A stretch of 64,000 nt of DNA. It comes from Candidatus Saccharimonadales bacterium (GTDB taxonomy: Bacteria > Patescibacteriota > Saccharimonadia > Saccharimonadales > SZUA-47). Both the position numbers and the translations under genes were made by a program. The stretch's first letter is position 1. Every line of letters starts with the position of its first letter. The stretch spans positions 867 through 64,866 of the forward strand of contig JBBQVE010000004.1 in assembly GCA_038211855.1 (NCBI GenBank), written 5' to 3'. The notes beneath the pieces are model-generated. The model made no database searches and had not been told where the DNA came from. It was given only the letters and a program-made list of their open reading frames with translations. Shown here piece after piece: positions 25,324-35,293 of this stretch.

Positions 25324-25749
25324 ATGTCACATAACGTGTTTAAATTAGGTCAGTTACTGACGAATTCTGGTCAGCAGTGGCGCGCTGGTGTTGTTGAGGT
25401 TCTGGAGCCTTTTGGACTCACGCCTTCCCAGTTTTTCATGCTTGTGGCGATTCAGCATCAACAGTTTGCTAGGGATCACCTACCAAGCCAGAAGACGGCC
25501 GCCAACGCAGCTGGGCTCGATCTAAACGTCGCTTCGCAAGCGACGAAGATTCTTGCGTCGCATTACCTTGTTAACCGTGAACTTGATAACGATGATAGTC
25601 GTGCATATGTGCTGTCTTGTACGTTGGCCGGTGAACAACTTGGCAAAACGGCCAGTGAAGCTGTTTGTACCTATACTGAACAGTTTTTTGAAGCCTGTAA
25701 TGCTGATGCGCTCGCACGCGAACTATTTAAACTCACTAAGCAGAAGTAA
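25324..25749 (+). CDS. MarR-family transcriptional regulator
   Basis: LTPSQFFMLVAI followed by a winged-HTH layout. 141 aa. Confidence 0.65.
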   Translation: MSHNVFKLGQLLTNSGQQWRAGVVEVLEPFGLTPSQFFMLVAIQHQQFARDHLPSQKTAANAAGLDLNVASQATKILASHYLVNRELDNDDSRAYVLSCTLAGEQLGKTASEAVCTYTEQFFEACNADALARELFKLTKQK

Positions 25750-25760
25750 AATATTTATTT

Positions 25761-25769
25761 TGTTATGAT
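25761..25769 (+). promoter_or_regulatory. Extended -10 (TGTTATGAT), 6 nt before ATG 25776
   Basis: TGTTATGAT-AGGTTC-ATG. Confidence 0.45.
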
Positions 25770-25775
25770 AGGTTC

Positions 25776-26186
25776 ATGCGAAAACGATATCTTCATATTC
25801 CAACCTGGGCCGCCGTCTTGTATGGTGCTGCGGGCGGTGTGCTGATTCCTTGGACAGTGAGTCTAGCACAGAGCCTTCCAGAACGTCATGTGGCACGTCA
25901 TTGGGATGCGGCATGGGTTGGATTCGACATCTTTATGATATTCCTACTCCTCTTAACTGCCGTACTGGCATTAGGTAAGAACATATACGTCGTGGTAACT
26001 TCAAGCGCACTCGGCACAATCCTCCTTATTGATGCTTGGTTTGATGTTCTCACAGCGAAGCCGGGCCATGAACAGCGCGAATCTCTTCTCTTTGCCTTAC
26101 TCATCGAGTTACCTCTGGCGATTCTCACTTTTTATCTTGCCGTCAATGCCACGCACATCTTCAAAAAATCCAATAAAATCGTGTAA
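25776..26186 (+). CDS. Hypothetical 4-TM membrane protein
   Basis: 136 aa and hydrophobic. Confidence 0.5.
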   Translation: MRKRYLHIPTWAAVLYGAAGGVLIPWTVSLAQSLPERHVARHWDAAWVGFDIFMIFLLLLTAVLALGKNIYVVVTSSALGTILLIDAWFDVLTAKPGHEQRESLLFALLIELPLAILTFYLAVNATHIFKKSNKIV

Positions 26187-26207
26187 CGCGGCTTTTCGAT
26201 TATACTA

Positions 26208-26759
26208 GTGCTTATGTACCAGCCACTGCACCCGCACATCCCCGAGCCACCGACCAAAAAATTGACGATGCTGACAGCAATGAGCCTGATTGCAGTTGCG
26301 TTACTGACGTTGGCGATAATAATTTTAAGTCTGCAATTGACCACCTGGCATCGGCAAGCCAATGATCAAGCGACAGTCGCTGAACAGTTAGTGAATAAAC
26401 TGAGTAAACAGTCTGATGAACTCACCTTGGCAAAACGGCAGCTGATCGTCCAAAGTCTCCTGCCCGATCCGAGCAGTTTTCCGCCACAGTGCCCGAATGG
26501 CAATAACAAAGACAGCCTGTTTACACCACTGAGCCAGACGCCCATAGAGGGCTACAATGTCTTTTTAGTTGACTGCCGCAGCTACATTACTACCGGCAAA
26601 AGTCTGCCGCGTATTCTCGTCTTCCATGTAAGCGATACGGGCAATAAAGACTTTACCTACGGATCCTCTGCCTCGGAGCCACTGTGCATCTCGAACAAAA
26701 TTCCGACGGCCAACACCCTCGCCAGCAAACTCTCCTTGCCCGTCTGCCAAACTAACTAG
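26208..26759 (+). CDS. Membrane-anchored hypothetical protein
   Basis: One TM helix (LTAMSLIAVALLTLAIIILSL) followed by a soluble domain. Confidence 0.45.
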   Translation: MLMYQPLHPHIPEPPTKKLTMLTAMSLIAVALLTLAIIILSLQLTTWHRQANDQATVAEQLVNKLSKQSDELTLAKRQLIVQSLLPDPSSFPPQCPNGNNKDSLFTPLSQTPIEGYNVFLVDCRSYITTGKSLPRILVFHVSDTGNKDFTYGSSASEPLCISNKIPTANTLASKLSLPVCQTN

Positions 26760-28021
26760 TGCGTCAGCTTAAGCAGGTCATTTCGGACCTCAAATAACAG
26801 ATATAACGAGCCGGTTACGAGCACATTGACCTGATCTGACAGGAGTGTTTGCAGAGCTTTATGTGGATCCCGCTCAATAATCGCTCCATGGTAGCCGGCG
26901 TGTTTAAATGCTTCTTGTAACACGTTTGGATTGATGGAAATCTTTTTCATGTCCTGCAAGGACTGGAACGAAGTCAAAATGATTTTTTTCGGTTTGATGG
27001 CAAGCAATGCAGCAACCGTCTGCTCGATTTTGGCATCGGGACCTTCGATACAGGCAAAGAGTACTGCTGTGGGCACTAACCCATGCCGATGCTGGAAACT
27101 TTCGATAAGTGCCTGCATCTTTTGGGGATTGTGTGCACCATCTAACGTGACAGTCGACTTACCGATGGTAAATTCCTCCATACGAGCGGGAATGACTTGT
27201 TTGGTCGCTTGGTGCAGCGACGTAGCATCTAACTTTATGTGGTATTTTTCGTGTAATACCCATGTAGCTGCCGAAACTGCCAATGAAAAGTTACGCTTTT
27301 GAAATAACGGCATCGTGTTTGGGAGTGATTTTTCCTGATTTTTGCGTATGTGCATGGTCGCGCGTTGGGCCTTGGAAGCGTTTTTGAACACCGACATCAC
27401 CGGCGGTGACTGCAGCCAGCAAAAGACTTCGTTATCTTCACCGATAATGCCGGCTTTTTGGGCAGCAATTTGTGGGATCGTCTCACCAAGCAGCGCGGTA
27501 TGGTCGAGTCCGATATCTGTTAAAACACAGACTTTCGTAGGCTTGCGTACCACATTACTCCCATCGAGCAGGCCACCTATGCCAGTCTCGATCACGGCTA
27601 CGTCGACCTTTTGACGGGCAAAGAACCAGTAAGCAAACGCCATCAACACCTCAAAATATGTCAGAGCGATGCCAACATTTTTTACGACCTCTAAAAACTC
27701 ATTAAGCTCGCTGGCAAATAATTCGTCAGACGCCGGTTCAAGGTTAATCTGAACACGTTCGGAAACTTTAGAAATATGCGGTGACACCGTTAAGCCCGTT
27801 TTGAGACCGCTGGCAGTTAGTAAGGCGGCCGTATAGTAACATGTGGATGTCTTGCCACTCGTCCCAGCGATATGCACCACCTGGTAGGTGTCTTGCGGAT
27901 TGCCGATTGCTTCCATGAATGCACGAATCGGTCCGAGGGTGTATTTTTGGCGCTGCGAACGGGGCGGTGGCACAAAGGCCAGTAAGGCTCGTTCAGCATC
28001 TTCAATTGTCCGCAGCTTCAT
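26756..28021 (-). CDS. folC: Folylpolyglutamate synthase/dihydrofolate synthase family (Mur ligase superfamily)
   Basis: VVHIAGTSGKTST is the P-loop. The FolC-like size and layout fit (421 aa). Confidence 0.7.
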   Translation of the reverse strand: MKLRTIEDAERALLAFVPPPRSQRQKYTLGPIRAFMEAIGNPQDTYQVVHIAGTSGKTSTCYYTAALLTASGLKTGLTVSPHISKVSERVQINLEPASDELFASELNEFLEVVKNVGIALTYFEVLMAFAYWFFARQKVDVAVIETGIGGLLDGSNVVRKPTKVCVLTDIGLDHTALLGETIPQIAAQKAGIIGEDNEVFCWLQSPPVMSVFKNASKAQRATMHIRKNQEKSLPNTMPLFQKRNFSLAVSAATWVLHEKYHIKLDATSLHQATKQVIPARMEEFTIGKSTVTLDGAHNPQKMQALIESFQHRHGLVPTAVLFACIEGPDAKIEQTVAALLAIKPKKIILTSFQSLQDMKKISINPNVLQEAFKHAGYHGAIIERDPHKALQTLLSDQVNVLVTGSLYLLFEVRNDLLKLTH

Positions 28022-28043
28022 GAGTGCTATTGTATCAGTTAGA

Positions 28044-29495
28044 CTACTGCAACGCCGCTGTTAACCGAGCAAGGTTGTCGAGTGAGCGCAGATAGAACGG
28101 TCGGCGCGTCCACGAGTAGGCATTTACCTGGGAACTGCCCTCCATGTATCGTTGCTCGATGGCACGTAGTTGGCGGACAACTTTTTTGTCGTACATCACC
28201 AGGCTGATTTCTTGATCAAGTTCAAAAGATCGGATATCCAGATTACTCGACCCGATCACTGCCACGCCGTCATCAATCGTGACGTGCTTGCTGTGCAGGA
28301 AGACAGGTGATTGATATAAGAACACCTTGATACCAGCCTTTAAAAGCTCACTGTAATAGGAGCGCTGGGCGTGCCCAACCAGAATCTTATCGATTATTTC
28401 GGAGTTAATAATGGTGATTTCGACACCGCGGTCGGCGGCGCTGGTCAGGGCCGTCAGAAGCGCGTCATCTGGCACAAAATAGGGCGTTACAATGGTGATT
28501 TTCTTCTCGGCACTATGAATAAGCGACGTGTACAATTTGAGGTTATTACTGCCGCCATGGCCTGGGCCACTCGGCAATATTTGCGCAGCGACATCACCTT
28601 GATGGCCGGCAATCGGATCATCCGGCAAAAAGACCTGCGTTTCGGCATACCAGTCCGAACGGAATATGGCGGCCAGCTGCCAGACGATTGGTCCCGTCAC
28701 CCGCGCCATCAGTTCCTCATAATACAATTCGTCACTACGATGATATGTTTTGTCGATAATGTTTTGCGAACCGGTATAGCCAATTGTGCCGTCAATAACA
28801 ACTATCTTACGGTGATTTCGCAGGTCTGGTCGGGTAAACTTTTTGCCTGGCCGTAAACTAATCGGCAACATGGGCATCCACAGAATACCGGCTGCAGTTA
28901 GTCGCTTTTTGAGCGAACGGAAGTTCGGGTAATGACGGCAGGCGAAGGCATCAAATAGCACGCGTACTTCAACACCACGCGCCACCGCAGTCTCGAGTGC
29001 CTGCCACACAGGGATGGTTGTGTCGTCGAGCGCAATAATGAAGTATTCGAACAGAATCCGCTTTTTGGCACCGTTGATATCACGAACAAGTGACTCCAGC
29101 GAGGTCTGATAGTCTTCCAAAAACCTTACGCTATTGCCACCAACAACCGGCAAGCCGCCAAGCGCCTGATTGAGCTTAATAAACTGCTCATTCTGCTCTG
29201 TTAATTCACGCGTCGGTACCGAGACACCAGCCTGTTGCATATTGTGTTCTGTGAGCTCTGTGGCAATGTGCGAATCGGCGTGTTTCTGCATTAACAAGCG
29301 ACTTTTTGGCAGCCGGGGATTGCCAAGTGAGGCAAATAATATCGTACCGATCGACGGTTCGAGCATGATAAGCATCAGCCAGGCTGTAGCACTGGAAGGA
29401 CGGCGGTTCTGCGGCACAATAAACAGCATGACAACTCGCAGCGCCCACTCAAAAGCAACAAAAAAAGTGACAAAAATATGCCACGTTACATGCAT
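28044..29495 (-). CDS. cls: Cardiolipin synthase
   Basis: Two HKD motifs are present: HRKIVVIDGTIGYTGSQN and HSKHVTIDDGVAVIGSSN. N-terminal TM helices are also present. Confidence 0.9.
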   Translation of the reverse strand: MHVTWHIFVTFFVAFEWALRVVMLFIVPQNRRPSSATAWLMLIMLEPSIGTILFASLGNPRLPKSRLLMQKHADSHIATELTEHNMQQAGVSVPTRELTEQNEQFIKLNQALGGLPVVGGNSVRFLEDYQTSLESLVRDINGAKKRILFEYFIIALDDTTIPVWQALETAVARGVEVRVLFDAFACRHYPNFRSLKKRLTAAGILWMPMLPISLRPGKKFTRPDLRNHRKIVVIDGTIGYTGSQNIIDKTYHRSDELYYEELMARVTGPIVWQLAAIFRSDWYAETQVFLPDDPIAGHQGDVAAQILPSGPGHGGSNNLKLYTSLIHSAEKKITIVTPYFVPDDALLTALTSAADRGVEITIINSEIIDKILVGHAQRSYYSELLKAGIKVFLYQSPVFLHSKHVTIDDGVAVIGSSNLDIRSFELDQEISLVMYDKKVVRQLRAIEQRYMEGSSQVNAYSWTRRPFYLRSLDNLARLTAALQ

Positions 29496-29501
29496 AAGAC
29501 T

Positions 29502-30056
29502 TTACAAAGATTTTGTTTCGGCATCGGGCGATTGTAGGAATTTGGTTGTATTCGTTGGATTGTCGGCTTCACTGAGGGTTTTCTGGAGGACTTCTAGGAC
29601 GCTTTTGGCGTGTTCGCGACTCATGCCGACGCGGGCGACTGCAAGTGGCTGATTGTTCGGGCCTGCACCTTGCATAAAGTTCATAATAACACCGTAGTTA
29701 TTAACCATGACATGCACCATATCGGTGTAAACGACACGCGCGTCAAACGGCATAACCATGACCGCTTGCTGGTTAAAGTTGGGGTCTTCTATGTGGTGGA
29801 GCAGGTCCTGCTTTTTTGCGTAGCCGGCCAAATCCCATAATTTGTCAGCCTCACGGTCGCCGAGTGCATAGTGCGCAATCACTAGTTCCAGAATGTCTTC
29901 GGAAGGACGCAGTTCACCGTTTTCAAAGCGGCTTAAACGGTCGTCGGAGACTTCGATTGCCGATGATAATTCAGTCACAGATTCTTTGGCGCGTTCACGC
30001 ATGGCACGCAAAGCATTACCAAGGGCCGCAAAAGGTGTTTTGTGCACATTTCCCAT
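29502..30056 (-). CDS. XRE-family HTH protein with C-terminal domain of unknown function
   Basis: LRAMRERAKESVTELSSAIEVSDDRLSRFENGELRPS is an HTH_XRE segment. Confidence 0.65.
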   Translation of the reverse strand: MGNVHKTPFAALGNALRAMRERAKESVTELSSAIEVSDDRLSRFENGELRPSEDILELVIAHYALGDREADKLWDLAGYAKKQDLLHHIEDPNFNQQAVMVMPFDARVVYTDMVHVMVNNYGVIMNFMQGAGPNNQPLAVARVGMSREHAKSVLEVLQKTLSEADNPTNTTKFLQSPDAETKSL

Positions 30057-30105
30057 ATGGGGTAAATTGTACGCTTTTTAGGTGCTATTCACAAGCAGAA
30101 GCGGG

Positions 30106-30111
30106 TATACT
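30106..30111 (+). promoter_or_regulatory. -10 box TATACT, 7 nt before murB ATG
   Basis: TATACT-AACAGTG-ATG. Confidence 0.45.
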
Positions 30112-30118
30112 AACAGTG

Positions 30119-31135
30119 ATGCATATTCTGGAAAACGTCTCATTGAAGCTCTATAGCACCATGCGCCTCGGGGGTACCACCCGCTACGCTTGCGAAATTA
30201 CCAGCGAAGATGAGCTGCTGGAAGCGCTGGCCTTTGCCCACTCCAATCAGCTTACCTACCGTGTGATTGGCAGCGGCAGCAATATTGTGTGGAGCGATGA
30301 AGGCTACCAAGGTCTTCTAATTATCAATAAAATCGAGAGTTTTGACGTCCTAACGGATGGCCTAAGCGTTACGATAGGCGCGGGGACAAATTGGGACGCA
30401 GCCGTCGAAAAATCCGTCGAAATTGGCCTTTCAGGTATCGAATTTTTAAGCCTGATTCCGGGAACAGCCGGTGCTACACCTGTCCAGAACGTCGGTGCCT
30501 ATGGACGAGAAATTAAGGATATATTCACGAGTTTGCGTGCCTATGATACGCGCAAAAAAGACTTTGTAGAACTGCACAATGAGGACTGCCAGTTTGGCTA
30601 TCGTACCAGCCGTTTTAAGACGCATGATGCTGGACGATTTATTATCACCTCAATCACCCTTAAACTGACAGGTCACCCTCCTGAGCCACCGTTTTACGAA
30701 AGCCTGCAGAAGTTCTTGATCGAACATGGTGTGGTTGACTTCACGTCGCAAAGTATTCGTGACGCAGTGCTTGCTATCCGCCGTGGCCGCATGCCAGACC
30801 CCGCCAAAGTCGCCAATAACGGTTCATTTTTTGCAAATCCCATCGTGTCCGCCATCCAGTTTACCGAGTTGCAATCCAACTTCCCAACCATCGTTGGCTG
30901 GCCAGTAAAAGATGGCGTGAAACTGGCGGCTGGTTGGCTGGTCGAGCATGCAGGATTTAGCGATTATCACGACGCAGAAACCGGCATGGCAACCTGGTCC
31001 GCACAGAACCTCGTGCTGATAAATGAACACGCTACAACAACCGCTGAACTCTTAAAATTCAAGCAAAAAATCGTCAGTGCAGTACAAGAAAAATTTGCTG
31101 TCACGCTCGAACAAGAACCGGAACTGCTACCTTAA
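30119..31135 (+). CDS. murB: UDP-N-acetylenolpyruvoylglucosamine reductase
   Basis: The track ORF 29816..31135 has a 101-aa N-terminal extension that overlaps the opposite-strand XRE gene. MurB homology begins at MHILENVSLKLYSTMRLGG (FAD-binding PCMH type) and includes GSNIV and GTAGATPVQNVGAYG. Confidence 0.85.
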   Translation: MHILENVSLKLYSTMRLGGTTRYACEITSEDELLEALAFAHSNQLTYRVIGSGSNIVWSDEGYQGLLIINKIESFDVLTDGLSVTIGAGTNWDAAVEKSVEIGLSGIEFLSLIPGTAGATPVQNVGAYGREIKDIFTSLRAYDTRKKDFVELHNEDCQFGYRTSRFKTHDAGRFIITSITLKLTGHPPEPPFYESLQKFLIEHGVVDFTSQSIRDAVLAIRRGRMPDPAKVANNGSFFANPIVSAIQFTELQSNFPTIVGWPVKDGVKLAAGWLVEHAGFSDYHDAETGMATWSAQNLVLINEHATTTAELLKFKQKIVSAVQEKFAVTLEQEPELLP

Positions 31136-32415
31136 AGAGGCAGTGGGAACTTTTTAGCAAAGAGTGTAATTTCTTCGTGCAATTTAGCTAGTTTTTTCTC
31201 ATCTTTGTGGTTTTTGACGGCTGCATCAATCCAATCTGCCACCATCACCATATCGGTTTCTTTCATGCCACGTGTCGTAAGTGCGGGCGTGCCAAGACGG
31301 ATACCACTTGGATCGAACGGACTACGCGGGTCGAACGGTACGGTGTTCTTATTAACGGTAATACCTGCTAAGCTAAGTGCTTTTTCGCCCTCGATACCGC
31401 TGATACCTTTATTGTTTAAATCGACGACCATAAGGTGATTGTCAGTGCCGCCGGTGACCAAGTTGAAGCCGCGATCGGTCAGTTCCTTGGCAAGTTTTTT
31501 GGCATTCTTGACGACCTGCGTACCATACGTTTTAAACTCAGGCTGAAGTGCTTCACCAAGTGCAACAGCGATAGCTGCTGTCTGATGATTGTGCGGTCCA
31601 CCTTGCAGTCCTGGAATAACGGCGCGATCGATCAGCGAAGGCAGGTTTTCAGCCGTACGCTCCGGCTTTTTCAATGGATTAGACTGATTACCGTTACAGA
31701 GAATCATCGCCCCGCGTGGACCGCGTAGCGTCTTATGTGTGGTCGTCATCGTCACATCGACGATGCCAACAGGACTGGGGTGTTCGCCCGCTACCACAAG
31801 GCCAGCGATATGTGAGATGTCGGCCGCCAGCCAAGCACCGCAGGAGTCGGCAATTGCCCGCATCTTTTGCCAATCTATAATGCGTGGATAGGCCGTGGTG
31901 CCGCTTATAATCATCTTTGGTTTGTGTTCGGCTGCGAGCTTCGCGATTGCCTCGTAATCCATAAAACCGTCTTTGTCGGTCGTGTATTGAACGGAGTTGT
32001 AGTAGGTACCCGAAAAGTTCACTTTGAGGCCGTGGGTCATATGCCCACCAAAGTAGAGCGACATGCCCATCACAGTGTCACCAGGGTCAACAAGAGCAAA
32101 ATAAATCGCTTGGTTGGCCGGACTACCGGAGTGTGGCTGCACATTGGCGTGGTCAACTCCAAACAGTTTTTTGGCGAGATCACGGGCTAGGTTTTCGACT
32201 TCATCAACGACTTCACAGCCGCCGTAATAGCGCATCCCTGGATAGCCTTCAGAATATTTATCGGTGAGGCGCGATCCCATCGCATTGAGGACGTTGCCTG
32301 AGGTGTGATTCTCACTTGGAATCATCTCTAGACCTCTCGTCTGGCGATCAATTTCTTTTTGTATTAACTCGCGAATTTTTTTATCAACTGCTGCTGCATT
32401 ATCGGGTAAGCTCAT
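31132..32415 (-). CDS. glyA: Serine hydroxymethyltransferase
   Basis: SENHTS, YPGMRYYGG and TTTHKTLRGPRG (PLP lysine motif) are present. AAGGAG Shine-Dalgarno upstream. Confidence 0.95.
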   Translation of the reverse strand: MSLPDNAAAVDKKIRELIQKEIDRQTRGLEMIPSENHTSGNVLNAMGSRLTDKYSEGYPGMRYYGGCEVVDEVENLARDLAKKLFGVDHANVQPHSGSPANQAIYFALVDPGDTVMGMSLYFGGHMTHGLKVNFSGTYYNSVQYTTDKDGFMDYEAIAKLAAEHKPKMIISGTTAYPRIIDWQKMRAIADSCGAWLAADISHIAGLVVAGEHPSPVGIVDVTMTTTHKTLRGPRGAMILCNGNQSNPLKKPERTAENLPSLIDRAVIPGLQGGPHNHQTAAIAVALGEALQPEFKTYGTQVVKNAKKLAKELTDRGFNLVTGGTDNHLMVVDLNNKGISGIEGEKALSLAGITVNKNTVPFDPRSPFDPSGIRLGTPALTTRGMKETDMVMVADWIDAAVKNHKDEKKLAKLHEEITLFAKKFPLPL

Positions 32416-32584
32416 ATGTAAACTCCTTAAGGGTAAGGTTGGTTTTTAGGTAGTAATGCAGGTCAATCTAAATCATATATTTACTATAGCACGCGCTGGG
32501 GCTTACGAAACTTTGCCAGCGGGTGAAGCTTAGTAGGCCCCAGCCGATTGCGCTATTGCTCAATATACCTTACGTGGTATACTA

Positions 32585-34117
32585 ATGCGGCCTATGATGC
32601 AAACCAACGAGAAAATCGGTGCACTTATACAACAGGTACGACAAGAAAGAGGCCTTACACAGGCTGAATTCGCGAAAAAGCTCGGTACCAGCCAATCCGC
32701 AGTCAATCGAATGGAAAAGGGCCGTCAGAACCTCAGCCTTGAAACCCTCGGTCGAATCAGTGAAGTCCTTCATAAGCAGTTAATTTCCTTGAATTCCGGT
32801 GCCATCAACCTTCGCATAGAAGGCGGACATGAGCTTTCTGGCTCAATCGATGTTAAGACAAGCAAGAATGCCGCCGTTGCCCTGCTCTGTGCCTCGCTCA
32901 TGAACAAAGGTAAGACGCGTCTTAAAAACGTCGCCCGCATAGAAGAAATGAATCGTCTGGTTGAAGTCATCGAAAGCATGGGCGTCAAAACCCGCTGGCT
33001 GCCCGGAAACGACCTCGAAATCCATCCACCCGCCAAGTTGAACTGGGAAAAAATGAATAAAGTCGCCGCCCGTAAGACGCGTAGCGTGATTATGTTCGTC
33101 GGTGCTATGATTCACGATTATAAATACTTCGAAATCCCTTATGCTGGCGGCTGTGAACTAGGCAAACGCACCGTGTTGCCTCACATTTATGCATTAGAAG
33201 AGTTTGGTGTTTCGATCACCGCTAAGAGTGGTGCTTATCATGTTGATGCTAAAACGCGGGCGCCAAAACGCTCAGTCGTCCTGTATGAATCGGGGGATAC
33301 GACCACCGAAAACACCCTCATGGCTGCCGCCCGCCTCGAAAGCGAAACTATCATCAAGATGGCCAGCGCAAATTATGCCATCCAGGACCTCTGTTTGTAC
33401 CTTAAGAAGCTCGGTGTGAAGATTGACGGCATAGGTACGACGACTTTGCGCGTCCGCGGCGTCAAGAATATCAAGAAAAACGTCAGTTTCAGTCCAAGCG
33501 AAGACCCGGTTGAAGCGATGACCTTTATTGCTGCCGCTATTACAACCGACTCATCTATCACCATCAAGCGCTCACCAATTGAGTTCCTCGAACTAGAGTT
33601 ACTAAAGCTTGAAAAAATGGGCTTAAGTTACAAATTAAGCCCGATTTACAAAGCTGAGAACGGTTTTACGCAGCTCGCAGACATCACTATCCACAAACAC
33701 CACGGTAAATTAGTAGCCCCTGAAGACAAGCTGTACGGTCGCCCCTTCCCTGGTCTCAACATCGATAATCTACCGTATTTTGTGCCAATCAGTGCCGTCG
33801 CCAAAGGCCGCACGCTGATTCATGACTGGGTCTACGAAGATCGCGCCCTGATGTACACCGAAATCAAGAAGATTGGTGTCGATTTGGAGTTGGCCGACCC
33901 GCACCGCGCTTACGTCACCGGACCGACCAAGTGGCGCGCCGCTGATGTCGTCTGTCCATCTGGCATCCGCCCGGCCGTCATGCTGCTCATCGGTATGCTG
34001 GCCGCTCCTGGAATTTCGACGCTACGCAACGTCTATACCATTAACCGCGGCTACGAAGACCTTGCTGCCCGACTAAACAGCCTTGGTGCACAGATCACCG
34101 TGATGAACGATATTTAA
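32585..34117 (+). CDS. murA: XRE-type HTH domain fused to UDP-N-acetylglucosamine 1-carboxyvinyltransferase
   Basis: Residues 10-65 or so form an HTH_XRE (LTQAEFAKKLGTSQSAVNRMEKG). The remainder is MurA (KTSKNAAVALLCASL; GGCELGKRTV with a Cys at the expected catalytic position). The true start may be ATG 32594 or 32597, because the -10 TATACT ends at 32583. Confidence 0.85.
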   Translation: MRPMMQTNEKIGALIQQVRQERGLTQAEFAKKLGTSQSAVNRMEKGRQNLSLETLGRISEVLHKQLISLNSGAINLRIEGGHELSGSIDVKTSKNAAVALLCASLMNKGKTRLKNVARIEEMNRLVEVIESMGVKTRWLPGNDLEIHPPAKLNWEKMNKVAARKTRSVIMFVGAMIHDYKYFEIPYAGGCELGKRTVLPHIYALEEFGVSITAKSGAYHVDAKTRAPKRSVVLYESGDTTTENTLMAAARLESETIIKMASANYAIQDLCLYLKKLGVKIDGIGTTTLRVRGVKNIKKNVSFSPSEDPVEAMTFIAAAITTDSSITIKRSPIEFLELELLKLEKMGLSYKLSPIYKAENGFTQLADITIHKHHGKLVAPEDKLYGRPFPGLNIDNLPYFVPISAVAKGRTLIHDWVYEDRALMYTEIKKIGVDLELADPHRAYVTGPTKWRAADVVCPSGIRPAVMLLIGMLAAPGISTLRNVYTINRGYEDLAARLNSLGAQITVMNDI

Positions 34118-34165
34118 CATACTACTATTGCTTTTTTAGCTATTTTATGTTATCATTAACTCCTT

Positions 34166-35293
34166 ATGCGTGGAGTTTCTAAAGTGTACCGACCCAAGCC
34201 TTCAGTTCGCCGTAAAAAACTGGCGCTCTTACTGCCTGGCCACAATGAAGAGCTGATTATCGCCACAACCATCCGTTCAGCGATTGCTGCCGGCCAAAAA
34301 CTGGAAGATATTTATGTCGTTGATGACAACTCCAGCGACAAAACCCGCCGCGAAGCCCTCACGATTCTACCGAAGTCAAATGTTTTGAGCGTTGCCCGCA
34401 GCGGCAAAGCCTTAGCCGTTCACAAAGCCATCAAAAAATTCGAAATTGTGAAACGCTACCACTGGGTACACATCGCTGACGCCGACAGTATCTTCTCGTC
34501 CGACTATTTCAGAATTTATAAAAGAAAACTGAACAATCGTCGATACGTCGTTGCAGTCGGGTTCGTGCAAAGTATGCGCGGCAACTGGATCAGCACCTAT
34601 CGAGCACTGTCATACTCGTACGGTCAGCACCTCGTGCGACGCCTCCAGTCGATGGTTGGCATGATTACCGTCTTCCCTGGCCCTACGACCAGCTTCCGCA
34701 CCGACATCTTAGAATACCTCGACTTCAATACCGGTACTCTCACTGAAGATTTTGATATCACTCTGCAAGTACACCGTCAAAAATTGGGCAAAATTGCCTA
34801 TATCCCAGAAGCTATCAGCTATACGCAGGATCCGCAGTCGCTGCATGACTTTATCAAACAAACTGAACGTTGGTTTCGCGGCTATTTCCAAGGTATAAGC
34901 AAATATAAAATCGGCCGTAGCTTGCAGGCTATCGACATCGGCATCGGCTACCAGCTGCTCGAAACACTGCTTTACTTCGTACAGCTGTTTGTCTTCGTCC
35001 CGATTGTCATTGCAATCACTGGCAATTGGCTGATACTCCCCTTAATTATCGCAACGGATTTCATCGTTATGAGCCTTATCGCCATGTTTTCAGGCATTCT
35101 CGCTAAACGGTGGTCCATTGTAGGGGCTCTGCCTTACTTTTACTTCTTGCGCTGGGTTGAACTGACCGTTTTCGCCAAAGCCTTTATCGACATCGTCTTA
35201 CTGAAGAAGTTCAAAGCCGATATCAAAGGCTGGGCAACTGAAGGCCGCCGCTACGAGCTAAATGTGCACGCATTACGGGATGTTGCAAAATGA
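34166..35293 (+). CDS. Processive membrane glycosyltransferase family 2 (PgaC/IcaA/chitin-synthase-like)
   Basis: LLLPGHNEE, VVDDNSSD, DADS and QTERWFRG (QxxRW) are present, with C-terminal TM helices. Confidence 0.75.
   Translation: MRGVSKVYRPKPSVRRKKLALLLPGHNEELIIATTIRSAIAAGQKLEDIYVVDDNSSDKTRREALTILPKSNVLSVARSGKALAVHKAIKKFEIVKRYHWVHIADADSIFSSDYFRIYKRKLNNRRYVVAVGFVQSMRGNWISTYRALSYSYGQHLVRRLQSMVGMITVFPGPTTSFRTDILEYLDFNTGTLTEDFDITLQVHRQKLGKIAYIPEAISYTQDPQSLHDFIKQTERWFRGYFQGISKYKIGRSLQAIDIGIGYQLLETLLYFVQLFVFVPIVIAITGNWLILPLIIATDFIVMSLIAMFSGILAKRWSIVGALPYFYFLRWVELTVFAKAFIDIVLLKKFKADIKGWATEGRRYELNVHALRDVAK

Noticed and set aside
29816-30118. 101-aa N-terminal extension of MurB
   Set aside because: The extension overlaps the well-supported opposite-strand XRE gene. 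Its sequence is R/H/C-rich nonsense. MurB homology and a -10 box point to ATG 30119.
32416-32584. Riboswitch (ZTP/THF/glycine-type) upstream of glyA, suggested by the long hairpin GCTGGGGC...GCCCCAGC
   Set aside because: I could not find the conserved cores of those riboswitch classes. The hairpin also lies upstream of the best glyA promoter candidate (TGCTATAGT), so it would not be part of the glyA leader.
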